DNA of 32,000 bases from assembly GCA_964510585.1 (NCBI GenBank), contig CAZECW010000020.1:70669-102668 (forward strand). The letters run 5' to 3'. The translations under genes were made by a program, and so were the position numbers. Origin of the DNA: an uncultured archaeon. GTDB taxonomy: Archaea; Asgardarchaeota; Jordiarchaeia; Jordiarchaeales; Jordiarchaeaceae. Below, piece after piece: positions 7,607 to 17,887 of this stretch (the first letter of the stretch is position 1; the number at the start of each line of letters is the position of its first letter). Under the pieces are notes generated by a model, which saw only the letters and a program-made list of their open reading frames with translations, was not told the origin of the DNA and did no database searches.

Positions 7607-8632
7607 GTGAATTTTTATGCTTCTGTTTGGCGTTGTCGTGGTTTTTCGGCGCCTGAGGAAGTGGATCTTAAGCCTACTTTGAAGTGTAATTTGAAGTGTA
7701 GGATGTGTTTTCAGCGTAAGTTGTCTGATGAGTATCGTAGTAGGATGTATAGGTCTGAGCTTTCTACGGAGAGGTATTTGTCTTTGATTGAGGAGTTGGC
7801 GGGTATGGGCACTAGGCGGGTGCATGTGGTGGGTGGTGGGGAGCCTCTTCTTCGGAGGGATATTTTGGAGATTATGTCTGCGGTTAAGAGGTTTGGAATG
7901 GAGGGGGTTTTGACTACTAATGGTACGCTTTTTACTGAGGGTTTGATTCGTGAGATTGTTAGGTGTGGTTGGGATGTTGTGATGTTTTCGGTTGATGGTC
8001 CGAATGCTGATGTTTATGAGGATATTAGGGGGGTTTCGGGTTCTTTTGATAGGGTTTATTCCTCTATGAAGAGTTTTAGTAGGGTTAGGGCGGAGTTTGG
8101 TGTTTGTAAGCCTCTTTTGCATATTCACTGTGTGATATTGAATCTGAACTTTATGGTTATTGATGAGATGATTGATTTGGCTCGTGATGTGGGGGCGAAT
8201 ATTGTAACATTTGACAAGTACTATCCTGAGTATGAGGATTTGATTCTAAGGAAGGAGGATTTGTCCACAACTCTTAGGAATCTTCAGAAGGCGTACCAGA
8301 AGGCTCAGAGGTATGGGATATATATTAATGTTGAGGATTTCTTGTCGTTGTGGATGAAGCCTTCGCCAAATACTAGGTGCTATTGGCCTTGGCTTTATGC
8401 GGATATAGATCCTAATGGGGATGTTTTGCCCTGCTGTTTTAGTCACGACGTTATGGGGAATATTAAGAAGCACAGTTTTAGGCAGATTTGGGATGGGGAA
8501 AAATATAACAATCTTCGAAAAATTTTTAAAAAGAAGGAGTTTCCGGACTTCTGTAAGGATTGCACGCTTTACCCGGGTCTAATTAACCGTGTTCCCCTTG
8601 GAAAGGTACTGCACTATTTTAGGCTCGTCTAG
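7607..8632 (+). CDS. Radical SAM protein with C-terminal SPASM/twitch domain
   Basis: CxxxCxxC (CNLKCRMC), GGGEPLL, TTNGTL, SVDG; C-terminal CYWPW...DPNGDVLPCC...GNI...CKDC. GTG start is uncertain; the frame is open back to 7550. Confidence 0.92.
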   Translation: MNFYASVWRCRGFSAPEEVDLKPTLKCNLKCRMCFQRKLSDEYRSRMYRSELSTERYLSLIEELAGMGTRRVHVVGGGEPLLRRDILEIMSAVKRFGMEGVLTTNGTLFTEGLIREIVRCGWDVVMFSVDGPNADVYEDIRGVSGSFDRVYSSMKSFSRVRAEFGVCKPLLHIHCVILNLNFMVIDEMIDLARDVGANIVTFDKYYPEYEDLILRKEDLSTTLRNLQKAYQKAQRYGIYINVEDFLSLWMKPSPNTRCYWPWLYADIDPNGDVLPCCFSHDVMGNIKKHSFRQIWDGEKYNNLRKIFKKKEFPDFCKDCTLYPGLINRVPLGKVLHYFRLV

Positions 8633-8638
8633 AGGCTT

Positions 8639-9364
8639 TCACTGTTTCTGTTTAATGTAGAAGTCCAGTGATGTGGGTTTTTTGGGCAATGGAAACTCTA
8701 TTACTGTTATTTTTTTGGTGAGGGGGAGAGCAACATTATATATGGGTGTGTTTGCCACTTCTGCGTACGCGGTTCCCTTGTGGGCGTGGCCGTGGATTAC
8801 TAAGTCCAGCTGGTTTTTGAGAATGATTTCTTCATATTTTTTGCTTCCCATCTCCGGGTATTGGGAAACCTTTTCCCCAACTAGGGTTTTATAGGTAGGA
8901 GCGTAGTGTAGTAGTAGGCACTTGTAGTCTGTTTTAAGCTCGCTTACCAGTTTTGCAGTCTTTTCCCTTCTTTCAGCGTAGATTTTCCATATTTCTGGCA
9001 TATTTTTTCTCTGCCAAAATGTGGGCCTGTCGAGGGAACCCTTCGAACACACGACGCCCAGAGTTTTCCCCTCCGCCTCTATGATGAATGTTTCCTGTTC
9101 AAGAAACTGGATTTTACCTGAAGCTGCTTTTCTTACGTCTTCCCATAAGTCTTCGTACTCTTCGTTTCCAAAAACCGCGATTACTGGGCAATCGACTTTT
9201 AGTGCCTTTGTCACCGTTTCTACTTCTTTCACTTGCCCTTTGTATATGGTGTCTCCGGCTAAAACAAACAAATCAATACCTTTGGTATCTATACTGGACA
9301 GTGCCTGAATAAATAAATCCAAGTATTTTGGAGAATGAATGTCTGAAACAGCAGCTATCCTCAA
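8639..9364 (-). CDS. Calcineurin-like metallophosphoesterase
   Basis: Ordered motifs SDIH, LAGD, GNEE, HYAP, HGHAH; TTG start. Confidence 0.9.
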   Translation of the reverse strand: MRIAAVSDIHSPKYLDLFIQALSSIDTKGIDLFVLAGDTIYKGQVKEVETVTKALKVDCPVIAVFGNEEYEDLWEDVRKAASGKIQFLEQETFIIEAEGKTLGVVCSKGSLDRPTFWQRKNMPEIWKIYAERREKTAKLVSELKTDYKCLLLHYAPTYKTLVGEKVSQYPEMGSKKYEEIILKNQLDLVIHGHAHKGTAYAEVANTPIYNVALPLTKKITVIEFPLPKKPTSLDFYIKQKQ

Positions 9365-9464
9365 TTCGTCACGTTCCTAGTGAAAAATTGTTTAAAATCC
9401 TTTTTTAGGTTTATTACCATAGTCTAAATAATAGTTCATGATTTGTTGTGGAGCGGTGAATTTT

Positions 9465-10502
9465 TTGAATTCTAGGGAACGGGTGCTTATTGCTTTGGAT
9501 CATAGTGTTCCTGATAGAGTGCCCATATACGATATGGGGATTGATGATGCTATTGTGCTTAAGCTTATGGGTAGTGATACATATTCTTGGGAATTGGCTA
9601 TTGAGTGTCATAAAAAAATTGGTTTGGATATGATTACGGCTTGGCCTGAAACTTTTGCTCTGGAATGGTTTACGGATGAGGTGGGACGAAGAGGATACAT
9701 TGATGAGTGGGGTAGGAGACGTATTTTTACTGCGGATGGCACAAAATGGTATGCGGGGGGCGTTATAGACTCAGAGGAGACATTTAATTCTTGGAGTTGG
9801 CCTGACCCCCATGTTTTTGAGCGCTACGTAAATGTGGAAAAAACATTAAAATATGCGGATGAGCTAGCGGTTATAGGCTTCGTAGGGGGCCCTTTTGAAA
9901 GGGCGGCTCTAGGCAGAGGACACAAATCTATACTGGTAGACTTTTACAAGAATCCTAGTTTTGTTAGAAGACATATGAGTAAGGTTGTGGAGTATTGGAT
10001 TGAAGTGGGAAAAATAGAAATCGATATGGGTATCGACGCAATTATACTTGCTGATGATTACGCCTACAAGGCGGGCACCTTTTTTTCTCCAGAACTATTT
10101 AAAAAACATGTTCTGCCCCTACTCAAGAAGGAGATTCACGCTTTCCAGAAAAGGGGGGTAAAGGTGATTCACCACTCCGACGGTTATATTTTGCCACTCA
10201 TCCCGCACCTTATTAGTGCTGGTGTTGACGGCTTGCATTCTCTTGAGCCATCGGCGGGGGTGGATATAGGAGAGGTGAAAAAACTTTATGGTGACAGGCT
10301 GGTTTTGGTGGGTAACATTGATTGTGGCTCCCTCCTATCTTTTGGAGAGCCAGAAGAAGTTAAAAGAGTAGTTAGAGAAACCATAGCTAAAGCTGCTCCA
10401 AGCGGTGGATACATTCTTAGTTCCAGCAATAGCCTTCATCGAGGAGTCAGAATAGAAAATGTGCTGGCAATGATTGAAGAAGCAAAAAAACACAAGTACT
10501 GA
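9465..10502 (+). CDS. Uroporphyrinogen decarboxylase-like family protein (UroD/MtaA-CmuA superfamily)
   Basis: NSRERVLIALDHSVPDRVP, ADDYAY...FFSPELF...P, HHSDG, GNID, GGYILSSSNS. Start moved from 9438 to TTG 9465 after GGAGCGGTGA. Confidence 0.88.
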   Translation: MNSRERVLIALDHSVPDRVPIYDMGIDDAIVLKLMGSDTYSWELAIECHKKIGLDMITAWPETFALEWFTDEVGRRGYIDEWGRRRIFTADGTKWYAGGVIDSEETFNSWSWPDPHVFERYVNVEKTLKYADELAVIGFVGGPFERAALGRGHKSILVDFYKNPSFVRRHMSKVVEYWIEVGKIEIDMGIDAIILADDYAYKAGTFFSPELFKKHVLPLLKKEIHAFQKRGVKVIHHSDGYILPLIPHLISAGVDGLHSLEPSAGVDIGEVKKLYGDRLVLVGNIDCGSLLSFGEPEEVKRVVRETIAKAAPSGGYILSSSNSLHRGVRIENVLAMIEEAKKHKY

Positions 10503-10736
10503 AACCCCAAAAATTTCTGCTTCATGATCGGATAAGTGATGTAGATTAATCCCAATTCGATTCTACTCCCTTATTCTGAGATTAGGGATATAGTCCCATA
10601 ATTGTCCTTTTGGAAATGGAATGGAATGAATACCTATTCCTAAAGATGTTTTTTGGTAAAATTTTTAAGCATCTGGGAAGGGAGTCTAGTTATTAAATCC
10701 TAAAAGGGTGATGGATGCTTCCGGAGAGTTTCAAGT

Positions 10737-12800
10737 ATGGGTAATGAAGGTGAAGAAGCGAAAATTGGTGGAGCCTCACCTATGACTCTCCGGTCTGTAG
10801 TTTTTGGTAGCTTAGTAGGCATACTTTACATTTTTCTGGCGGTTTATGTGAGCCTCAAGACTGGTGTGGTTTTCATCGGCGGAATGGCTATTATAGGATA
10901 TATACTGCTTTCTATACGGGGAAGATATAAACCAAAGGAAAACATGGTGTTGAGCTCCATAGTAGATGCCACGGTGTGCGTCTCCGCAGGTGTGGTGGCA
11001 GGCCTGCCAGCGCTGGTGATATTTGCGGGTAGAACTGCCTTTTTCACGCCAATAACTTTTGAACTCATTATTACTATATCGGTTTTCGCTGGAGTTCTGG
11101 GGGTGTTTCTACTACTTCCCTTTAGAGAGGAATTTTTGAAAATGCCCTGGCCCCAAGTGGTGCCGGTCTACAAGACTATTGAGAGTCTGGGGGCGGATGT
11201 TTCCTCCAAGAATAAACTTTTAAAATGGATGGGGGGCTCCATAGCCTACATTGGTGGAGTGTTGGGTGCCGGTTACGCCTTTCGTAGTGACTTAACAGTT
11301 CTACCTCCCACTGAAACTTTACCCAACTGGTGGACGAGACTAGTAACTTTTACCAAAACCTGGAACCCTCCCCTGTACACTAATCTGAGTTATTTACAGA
11401 GCTTTTACCAGTTTGTGGGGCAGACAATGTCTCCTAGTCCTTTACCCAGCTTTATGGGGATATCTAATTCTCCCCTAATTGCGAGCATAGGATACTTTGT
11501 GGGCTGGAAAAGGGCTGGTATGGTTTTTTTGGGGGGTGTTTACTCCGTGCTTGTGTGGGCAATTTTTGAAAACCAATTCCCTGAATTGGGGCGCTTCGTG
11601 GATTATGGCAGCCACATGAATTTGCCCCAAATATTTTATCTTGCAATGGGAGTACTAATCGCATTCCTAGCTTTTGGGTTTCTTAAGGGCATTAAGGACT
11701 GGTGGGATAACCGCAGAAAAATCAAAGCCTTAGAGGCACATATCAGAGCCCAGAGCCAAGGCCAGAAGAATCAACAAAAACTGGACACCAAAAAATCCAA
11801 GCTAGCGCCCGACATGGTTTCTGTGGAGGCTCCGAGGCAACTAAAAATTTCAGGCTCACTAGTAAAAGAATGGCTCCGCTTGGCGGTTACAAAGTACAAA
11901 TCGGTTTTGATTGTCTTGGCAATTTTCTTTGTTGGGTGCAGTCTACTTTTTTATGTTTTTGAGCCATTCTATAACGTTAAAATCAACCCCCTATTCACAC
12001 TTTTAAGCACACCCGCACTTCTTTTGTCAAGTTGGTGGAGCGCTTTGACCCTGAGCGAAACTGGATTTCTAACTGGATTTTTAACAGACTTACTCGCTGT
12101 TCCCGCCATCTTAGGTTTTGACATAAATTTTCCCAGCCTAATAGTTTTCTTCACATTGATGACAGTTATGCAATCGTCAGCCTTAAGAGTCATAGGCTGG
12201 CTCAAAGTGGGACGAGAATTAAAAGTCAAAGATAGAACAGTCCTACTATCAGTACTCTACGGGGTAATTTTCGGTGCAGTTGTAGGAAGCGCCATCGTCT
12301 ATTTACTCTATCAAACCTACGGATTCGGCAACTCCTACTTTCCAGCACCCACCGCAACAATTACAGGAATATTCTTCCTATCCATACTACAATTTAAGCA
12401 ATGGGTTCTTCCATCTAGCACTATCATCCCAACTCAGGCTCTCACCACCCTTCAAATATATGAGCAACTGTACCACTATGCTTTCCAACCCTATTCACTT
12501 CACTATCGCGAAATATTCTTCATAGCCGGCCTAATAGTGGGATTAGCCCTATGCAAATTTGACTTGTCACCAATCTCATTTCTAGTAGGAGTACTCATAC
12601 CTCCGGCTTACAGCTTCTCAATAATGTTCGGCGGAGGTCTAAACTACTACGTTTACAGGAAAAACAAAGACAACCTTGAAAAATATCAGGAAAAGGACTC
12701 TGGATACCAAGTATCTCTAAGCGGCGTCAGCGCCGGCGAAGGCCTAATCTACTTAGTATGGATAATGATCACAACCCTAATTATGCTACTAGGAATTTGA
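10737..12800 (+). CDS. OPT (oligopeptide transporter/YSL) superfamily membrane transporter
   Basis: TLRSVVFGSLVG...YVSLKTG start, YGFG..YFPAP, PISFLVGVLIP, SGVSAGEGL end; many TM segments. Confidence 0.88.
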   Translation: MGNEGEEAKIGGASPMTLRSVVFGSLVGILYIFLAVYVSLKTGVVFIGGMAIIGYILLSIRGRYKPKENMVLSSIVDATVCVSAGVVAGLPALVIFAGRTAFFTPITFELIITISVFAGVLGVFLLLPFREEFLKMPWPQVVPVYKTIESLGADVSSKNKLLKWMGGSIAYIGGVLGAGYAFRSDLTVLPPTETLPNWWTRLVTFTKTWNPPLYTNLSYLQSFYQFVGQTMSPSPLPSFMGISNSPLIASIGYFVGWKRAGMVFLGGVYSVLVWAIFENQFPELGRFVDYGSHMNLPQIFYLAMGVLIAFLAFGFLKGIKDWWDNRRKIKALEAHIRAQSQGQKNQQKLDTKKSKLAPDMVSVEAPRQLKISGSLVKEWLRLAVTKYKSVLIVLAIFFVGCSLLFYVFEPFYNVKINPLFTLLSTPALLLSSWWSALTLSETGFLTGFLTDLLAVPAILGFDINFPSLIVFFTLMTVMQSSALRVIGWLKVGRELKVKDRTVLLSVLYGVIFGAVVGSAIVYLLYQTYGFGNSYFPAPTATITGIFFLSILQFKQWVLPSSTIIPTQALTTLQIYEQLYHYAFQPYSLHYREIFFIAGLIVGLALCKFDLSPISFLVGVLIPPAYSFSIMFGGGLNYYVYRKNKDNLEKYQEKDSGYQVSLSGVSAGEGLIYLVWIMITTLIMLLGI

Positions 12801-12939
12801 TACATAAAATTGTGAAAAAGTTAGGAAAGCTCAAAAAACGGGTCTTTCATAAAACTCTGATTTAGAGCCATGCCATACCTGAACAGAGCGGAAACCGATA
12901 AATTAACGTCGCCTAATAAATTTCACAGGTGAAAGGTGT

Positions 12940-13671
12940 TTAATCACCTTCTGCCTTCTCTACTTTAAGTTCGGGTAGTATCAGTGATATGTCTTTTAAA
13001 ACTAGGTCGGCTCCTGCTGACTTTAGTTCTTCAACAGTGTGCCCTGACGATAGAACCCCTATAGCCTTCACGCCAGCACTTCGCGCAGAAGAAATATCGT
13101 ATGGATGGTCACCGACCACAATGGCTTCCTCGGCAGTAACTCCCAGTAGTGAGAGGGTTTTAATTAAGTGTTCTGGGTCGGGTTTGGGTCTTGTGGTGTC
13201 ATCCCTTGCTACAACCACATCGAAAATGGTGTTCATACCTAAGCGTTTTAGGAGTGATGAAACAACTGAGTTCTTGTTAAGGGTGAAAACGCCGATTTTG
13301 AATCCTTTACTTTTGAGCTTTTGAAGCACTTCTATTGCTCCGGGGATGAGTGAAGTTTTACTGGCGGCCTCTATCTCATATTTTTCAACAGCTTCATCAA
13401 CTTCCTCCAACATTTTCTCAATGATAAATTTCTGGCTGTCCCGCGACTGAATAAAGGAAATAGCCTTCCCGACCATTTTAAGTATCGGCTGGTCCAGTGA
13501 AAGCATGGATTCCGGAACCCCATATTTTACGAGAATTCCTATAACCTCTCTACGGGCGGAAATTACGTCAATTTTGAAGTAAACTATGGTGCCGTCCCAA
13601 TCAAAAATGAATGCCTTTTTTCCCTTTAGTAAACCGTTGAGACTACCATTAATCAATAAGATAACACCCAT
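12940..13671 (-). CDS. HAD-superfamily hydrolase (phosphoglycolate phosphatase-like)
   Basis: Motif I FDWDGT, motif III KPDPE, motif IV VGDHPYDI; exact start uncertain. Confidence 0.9.
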   Translation of the reverse strand: MGVILLINGSLNGLLKGKKAFIFDWDGTIVYFKIDVISARREVIGILVKYGVPESMLSLDQPILKMVGKAISFIQSRDSQKFIIEKMLEEVDEAVEKYEIEAASKTSLIPGAIEVLQKLKSKGFKIGVFTLNKNSVVSSLLKRLGMNTIFDVVVARDDTTRPKPDPEHLIKTLSLLGVTAEEAIVVGDHPYDISSARSAGVKAIGVLSSGHTVEELKSAGADLVLKDISLILPELKVEKAEGD

Positions 13672-13910
13672 GAGAAACTATTAGAATCCATATTCTGAAT
13701 GAACCTAGGCATCTTTAAATTTTTGGATTAGCAAACCATTAAAGAGACTTTAATCTAGAAGGGCATCAAACAAAAAGGTAAACTATAATTTATCACTTAA
13801 AAGAATATCCCTTAGAAATTTCTACGTTTAAGCTCCTTTTATACTCCAACATATAAGAGGCAAAAAGACGGTTTCATCAACATAAAAGAAGAAAAGTTAC
13901 CCTCCCCCAC

Positions 13911-14321
13911 TCATTCTTCTTTGAATTTGTTTAGAATTTGATAAAGCCGATCGTATCCTACCGCCCCTAAAACCCGCTCCACAGGCTTACCGTCCCTAAA
14001 AATGATGAATGTAGGAACCGCAGTGATACCAAAGGATCTAGCAATTTCGGGTTCCTCATCAACATCTATTTTGCCAAATACTATTTTGCCAGCAAAATCT
14101 CTGGCTAAACGCTCAAAAATGGGCGCCATCATACGGCATGGTCCACACCACTGAGCTGAGTAGTCAATTATTACTGGAACCTTCGAGTTTTTTATGCTGT
14201 CCGCAAATTTTGCTGAGTCCATGTGTATTACTCCCACGGGGATTTGGGAATTGGACTGCTGTTCCATAAGCTTCTTGAGCTTCTTTTCACGGATCTTTTT
14301 CAGTTCGGGGTCATCTTCCAA
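13911..14321 (-). CDS. trxA: Thioredoxin
   Basis: WCGPC active site, cis-Pro loop AVPT, N-terminal DPELKKIREKKL extension typical of archaeal thioredoxins; TTG start. Confidence 0.95.
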   Translation of the reverse strand: MEDDPELKKIREKKLKKLMEQQSNSQIPVGVIHMDSAKFADSIKNSKVPVIIDYSAQWCGPCRMMAPIFERLARDFAGKIVFGKIDVDEEPEIARSFGITAVPTFIIFRDGKPVERVLGAVGYDRLYQILNKFKEE

Positions 14322-14545
14322 GACTTTCCCTCCAAATACCAGTATCTAATAATGTTCCACTATTCATAATAAACTTAATGATTTTAAGCATATCTTATGG
14401 GCGATGGTTACTAGAACAAATTCCCTACAGGTAAAGCTCCTTTTAGCAAATGTGGAGAATGTTAATGTTACATCGCTTTTCCAAGAGCTAGATGTATATT
14501 TTTAGTTTGAAAGTCTAATTTTTGTTTCCTTCATTTTGCTTATTG

Positions 14546-14911
14546 TTATCCAGTTTTTTTCCATCCTTCTTCTAGGAAGTATACCATCTTTTCGTACCAC
14601 TGGTCTAAAGCCGCTCTCACCATTTTTTTAACTTCTGAAGAGGGAGCTGCTTCGTACTCGTAATAGTAGCCTCCCCTAGGTATGCTCCTCGTTCTTCTGG
14701 TTGCCAAGCCTTTGCTCATTAAGTTCGTCAAGGATCTCTGTATAGTGCTTCTATTCCTCCGCAGTTTATCAGCAATTTCTTGTACCTGCATGGGTCGTTC
14801 CAAAATAGTAAAGTAGGTTTTTACTTCTAATTCTCTGATCCCTAAGGCACACTTAATTATGTCTGCGGCTTCCAGTTTGCCTGCCGCTATCTGCGCCCTC
14901 ATCTCTTCCAT
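14546..14911 (-). CDS. Small winged-helix transcriptional regulator (TrmB-like HTH)
   Basis: CALGIRELEVKTYF...QVQEIADKLRRNRSTIQRSLTNLMSKGLATR...GGYYYEY. Start moved to ATG 14911 after GGTGA. Confidence 0.88.
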   Translation of the reverse strand: MEEMRAQIAAGKLEAADIIKCALGIRELEVKTYFTILERPMQVQEIADKLRRNRSTIQRSLTNLMSKGLATRRTRSIPRGGYYYEYEAAPSSEVKKMVRAALDQWYEKMVYFLEEGWKKTG

Positions 14912-15413
14912 CAATTTGTCACCGTTTAAGGTGAAATTTGATTCTTTAATAAATGTTGTGCGATTAAATGGAACAACTATGAACACTCGCACACTACTAG
15001 CACAGCAACTAAAAACAGATTATTTACAGGTATGCGGCAAGAATTGTTGATGGTAACCTTGGATTCTAAGTTGTTCCCTTTACATAACTATTCCTTTTTT
15101 CGACTCCATTTATCATAGCCGTAATCTTCTGAATTAAATGGGAAATTCTTGAAAAATTCAATGCGTGGAAGACATTGTTTTCAAAATAGGACGTGGGCAG
15201 CATCTAAAAGGCTAAAAGGTCTGCCTTTTCTTTTTTTTGGGACTCAAATAGGTATTAAGAAGAATTTTCAAAATTTGGCTTCTTTTGAAAAAAGGATTAT
15301 TGCTAGGTAACAGCTTTTTTGGTTTAATATCTGAAATTTTGTTATTATTGATTCGCTCACACATCTGGTAATGGCTTGTAACTAGGAGGGAGTCTTCCAT
15401 TTTTTAGATGGAT

Positions 15414-16616
15414 TTAATCTGTTTTTATGTATTTTTTGAGTTCCTTATCAGGAAGGCCTAGGGCGTAGAGTATGCTTAGTAGATTCTTTTGTGCGATGAC
15501 ACCGTCAGCTACTTGTTTGAGGACCTTTTTTGCGTTGAACGCGATGCCCAGTCCCGCATTTGTTAACATAAACTGATCGTTGCTTCCGTCTCCAACGGCT
15601 ACTATTTCGTCCTTTGATATTTCTTCTATTTCAGATATCCAGTTTATTATTTCCGCCTTCTTTTTCCCGTCGATTATGGGCTCTTCCACTTCCCCGGTTA
15701 GGACTCCGTTCTTAATAATTAATTTGTTGCCAAAGGCATAATCAAGTCCCAGTTTTTCCTTCAATCTGTCGGTGAAATAGGTGAATCCACCGCTGATAAG
15801 CGCAATCTTGTAACCCATGGATTTTAAGGATCTTATTAACTCCTCAGCACCCGGTGTTAAATGCATATTATTTGCTATTTCTTCAAGATATTTTACTTCT
15901 AGGCCCGCTAAGAGTTTAACCCGTTTGCGCAATGCTTCTACAAAATCTATTTCTCCGTTCATAGCCTGCTGGGTTATCTCTCTAACCTGTTCCCCCACTC
16001 CAGCAATTTTTGCTATTTCATCAATGGTTTCTTCATCCACCAATGTGGAATCCATGTCAAAAACTATGAGCTTTTTAGATTTTTGATAAACGTTTTCTCT
16101 CTGGATAATTGAACTTACTCCCAGAGTTTCGCACAGATTTTGAAGCTCTATCCTAACTTTTTCTAGGGGAATTTTTAGGTCGCTAAGATCTACTAGCATC
16201 TCCATGGCGATCATCTCGCCCCTAGCAATCATGCGAATCTTCTCAATGTTGATATTATAGTTTCCTAGCAGAGTGGAAACCTTTGCGACTATGCCTGGTC
16301 TGTCTTTTCCCAGAATGGTGATAAGAGCCAGTTCCTTTTCCGATTTTCTTCTCCCCTCTACGTAGGGCTCCACGCTCACCTGCAAACCGGCTTCTTCTCC
16401 CTTCTTCACCAAACGTCTCTTTAGTTCTTCGCTGGAAATAGTTGATGAACTAATGTCCACAATCATAAACATGGCGAATAAGCCTCTAAGCACAGTTTCC
16501 TCAACATCAACAATATTAGCGTCCACACTTGCAATAACGTTGGTTAATTCAGAAACCAAACCGGGTCTATCCCGCCCTATTGCAGTAACGGTGACTAATT
16601 TTGTTGGACTGGACAA
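15414..16616 (-). CDS. serB: Phosphoserine phosphatase SerB with two N-terminal ACT domains
   Basis: ACT1 VTAIGRDRPGLV, ACT2 ITILGKDRPGIV; HAD motifs FDMDST, ISGGF, GDGSND; GGAGG at 16624-16628 before TTG. Confidence 0.95.
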   Translation of the reverse strand: MSSPTKLVTVTAIGRDRPGLVSELTNVIASVDANIVDVEETVLRGLFAMFMIVDISSSTISSEELKRRLVKKGEEAGLQVSVEPYVEGRRKSEKELALITILGKDRPGIVAKVSTLLGNYNINIEKIRMIARGEMIAMEMLVDLSDLKIPLEKVRIELQNLCETLGVSSIIQRENVYQKSKKLIVFDMDSTLVDEETIDEIAKIAGVGEQVREITQQAMNGEIDFVEALRKRVKLLAGLEVKYLEEIANNMHLTPGAEELIRSLKSMGYKIALISGGFTYFTDRLKEKLGLDYAFGNKLIIKNGVLTGEVEEPIIDGKKKAEIINWISEIEEISKDEIVAVGDGSNDQFMLTNAGLGIAFNAKKVLKQVADGVIAQKNLLSILYALGLPDKELKKYIKTD

Positions 16617-17089
16617 TTTTTATCCTCCAAACATTATATGAGAGAATGAAAAATAACGAACCTAGAGATGCTAGTATTATTTAACAGCAAAAGAAGTAAC
16701 GCATAAAAAGATTTCTAAAAAATTCTCAAGCTACCAGAAGAATTTGTTCTTTTCAATACCTGTGGCGGTAATCTCCTTAATTGTGGAAACCTAGATTTTT
16801 GGTAGATTACTCTAGCTTTAATTAATTCTGCAATGTGGAATAAAAAAATTGCAGTCGCTGGTTGTGCGGTAACCTATGCTTTGTGGATTGTATGCAACTT
16901 TTTTCGGGATAGCTTATCATGATATCTAACTGCTTTTTTACAGTGTGATTATTTTTTTAAATGTAATTTATCTTTTTGTTTATGTTTTTCTCATTTTTAT
17001 GAGAAGAATTTTATTTTTGAATAATTTTTAGGTAGTAACACATATATAGGTATGACCATATTGAATGATAAAATTGTATAATTGCATTT

Positions 17090-17887
17090 TTGGAGGCGGT
17101 AAAAATAGAGGTGAGCAACACTACACTGGAGGCCCTAAAAAATTTCGGCCTATCCGAATATGAGTCTAGGGCTTATATTGCCCTAGTGTCTCTAGGTGTT
17201 GCCACTGCGAAGAAGGTGTGTGAAGTAGCTAATATACCGCATCCCAGAGCCTACGATACCCTTGCAGCTCTGGAAGAGAAGGGACTAGTTGAGGTCCAGC
17301 AGTGTAGACCAAAACTCTATAAAGCTGTACCGCCGCGAACTGCTTTTAGAAGACTGGAAAAAGCTCTTGCTAGAGACAAGGAAATCGCCATAGGAGAACT
17401 AAGCGATGTCTACGGAGTGCAAAAGTCAAAACAGGAATTGTGGACTATGCACGGAAAACAAAACGTCGTCAACAAAATAGAAGAGATGCTGATGGGTGCG
17501 GAAAAATATGCCATGCTTTCCTTCCCCAAAGACCTTCTATTAGAGATAGAAAAGACACTCAAGTCCGTAGCTGAAAGGGGCATAGAGCTCAAGATTTGGT
17601 CCTGTACTGAGGACGGCTCAAAATTTGTTCTTCCATTTAGCGGAAATATTGAAATGGTTACGGACAACCAAGTTTATGCAAATCTTCTTGTTGTTGATGG
17701 AAACGAGGCTCTACTTTCCTCCGGCTGCGTTGAAGGTTACAGAGGACCATGGATTGGAATATGGACAAATGAGCCCAGCTTCGTCAAATTAATTAGCATG
17801 TTCTTCAAAAAACTCTGGAAAGAGAAAAAACTCGAAGAAGAAAGAGAAATCCTGGTAAGCAATCTTATGCGTCTCAAACACACCTAA
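17090..17887 (+). CDS. TrmB-family transcriptional regulator
   Basis: LKNFGLSEYESRAYIALV...NIPHPRAYDTLAALEEKGLV...RPKLYKAVPP wHTH plus C-terminal effector domain; alternative GTG start at 17111. Confidence 0.92.
   Translation: MEAVKIEVSNTTLEALKNFGLSEYESRAYIALVSLGVATAKKVCEVANIPHPRAYDTLAALEEKGLVEVQQCRPKLYKAVPPRTAFRRLEKALARDKEIAIGELSDVYGVQKSKQELWTMHGKQNVVNKIEEMLMGAEKYAMLSFPKDLLLEIEKTLKSVAERGIELKIWSCTEDGSKFVLPFSGNIEMVTDNQVYANLLVVDGNEALLSSGCVEGYRGPWIGIWTNEPSFVKLISMFFKKLWKEKKLEEEREILVSNLMRLKHT

Noticed and set aside
7041-8128. Antisense ORFs 7041..7436 and 7580..8128
   Set aside because: Shadows of rps17e and the radical SAM gene; the skewed sequence lacks stop codons on the opposite strand.
7607-8632. 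Tetraether synthase or GDGT ring synthase assignment for the radical SAM gene
   Set aside because: At 341 aa it is too short, with no B12-binding domain or Tes-type N-terminal region.
10615-10632. ggaaatggaatggaatgaat micro-repeat
   Set aside because: About three imperfect 5-nt units, no spacers; not CRISPR-like and probably chance.
15212-15400. 62-aa minus-strand ORF after serB
   Set aside because: AT-rich intergenic sequence with poly-K from a T-run; no motif.
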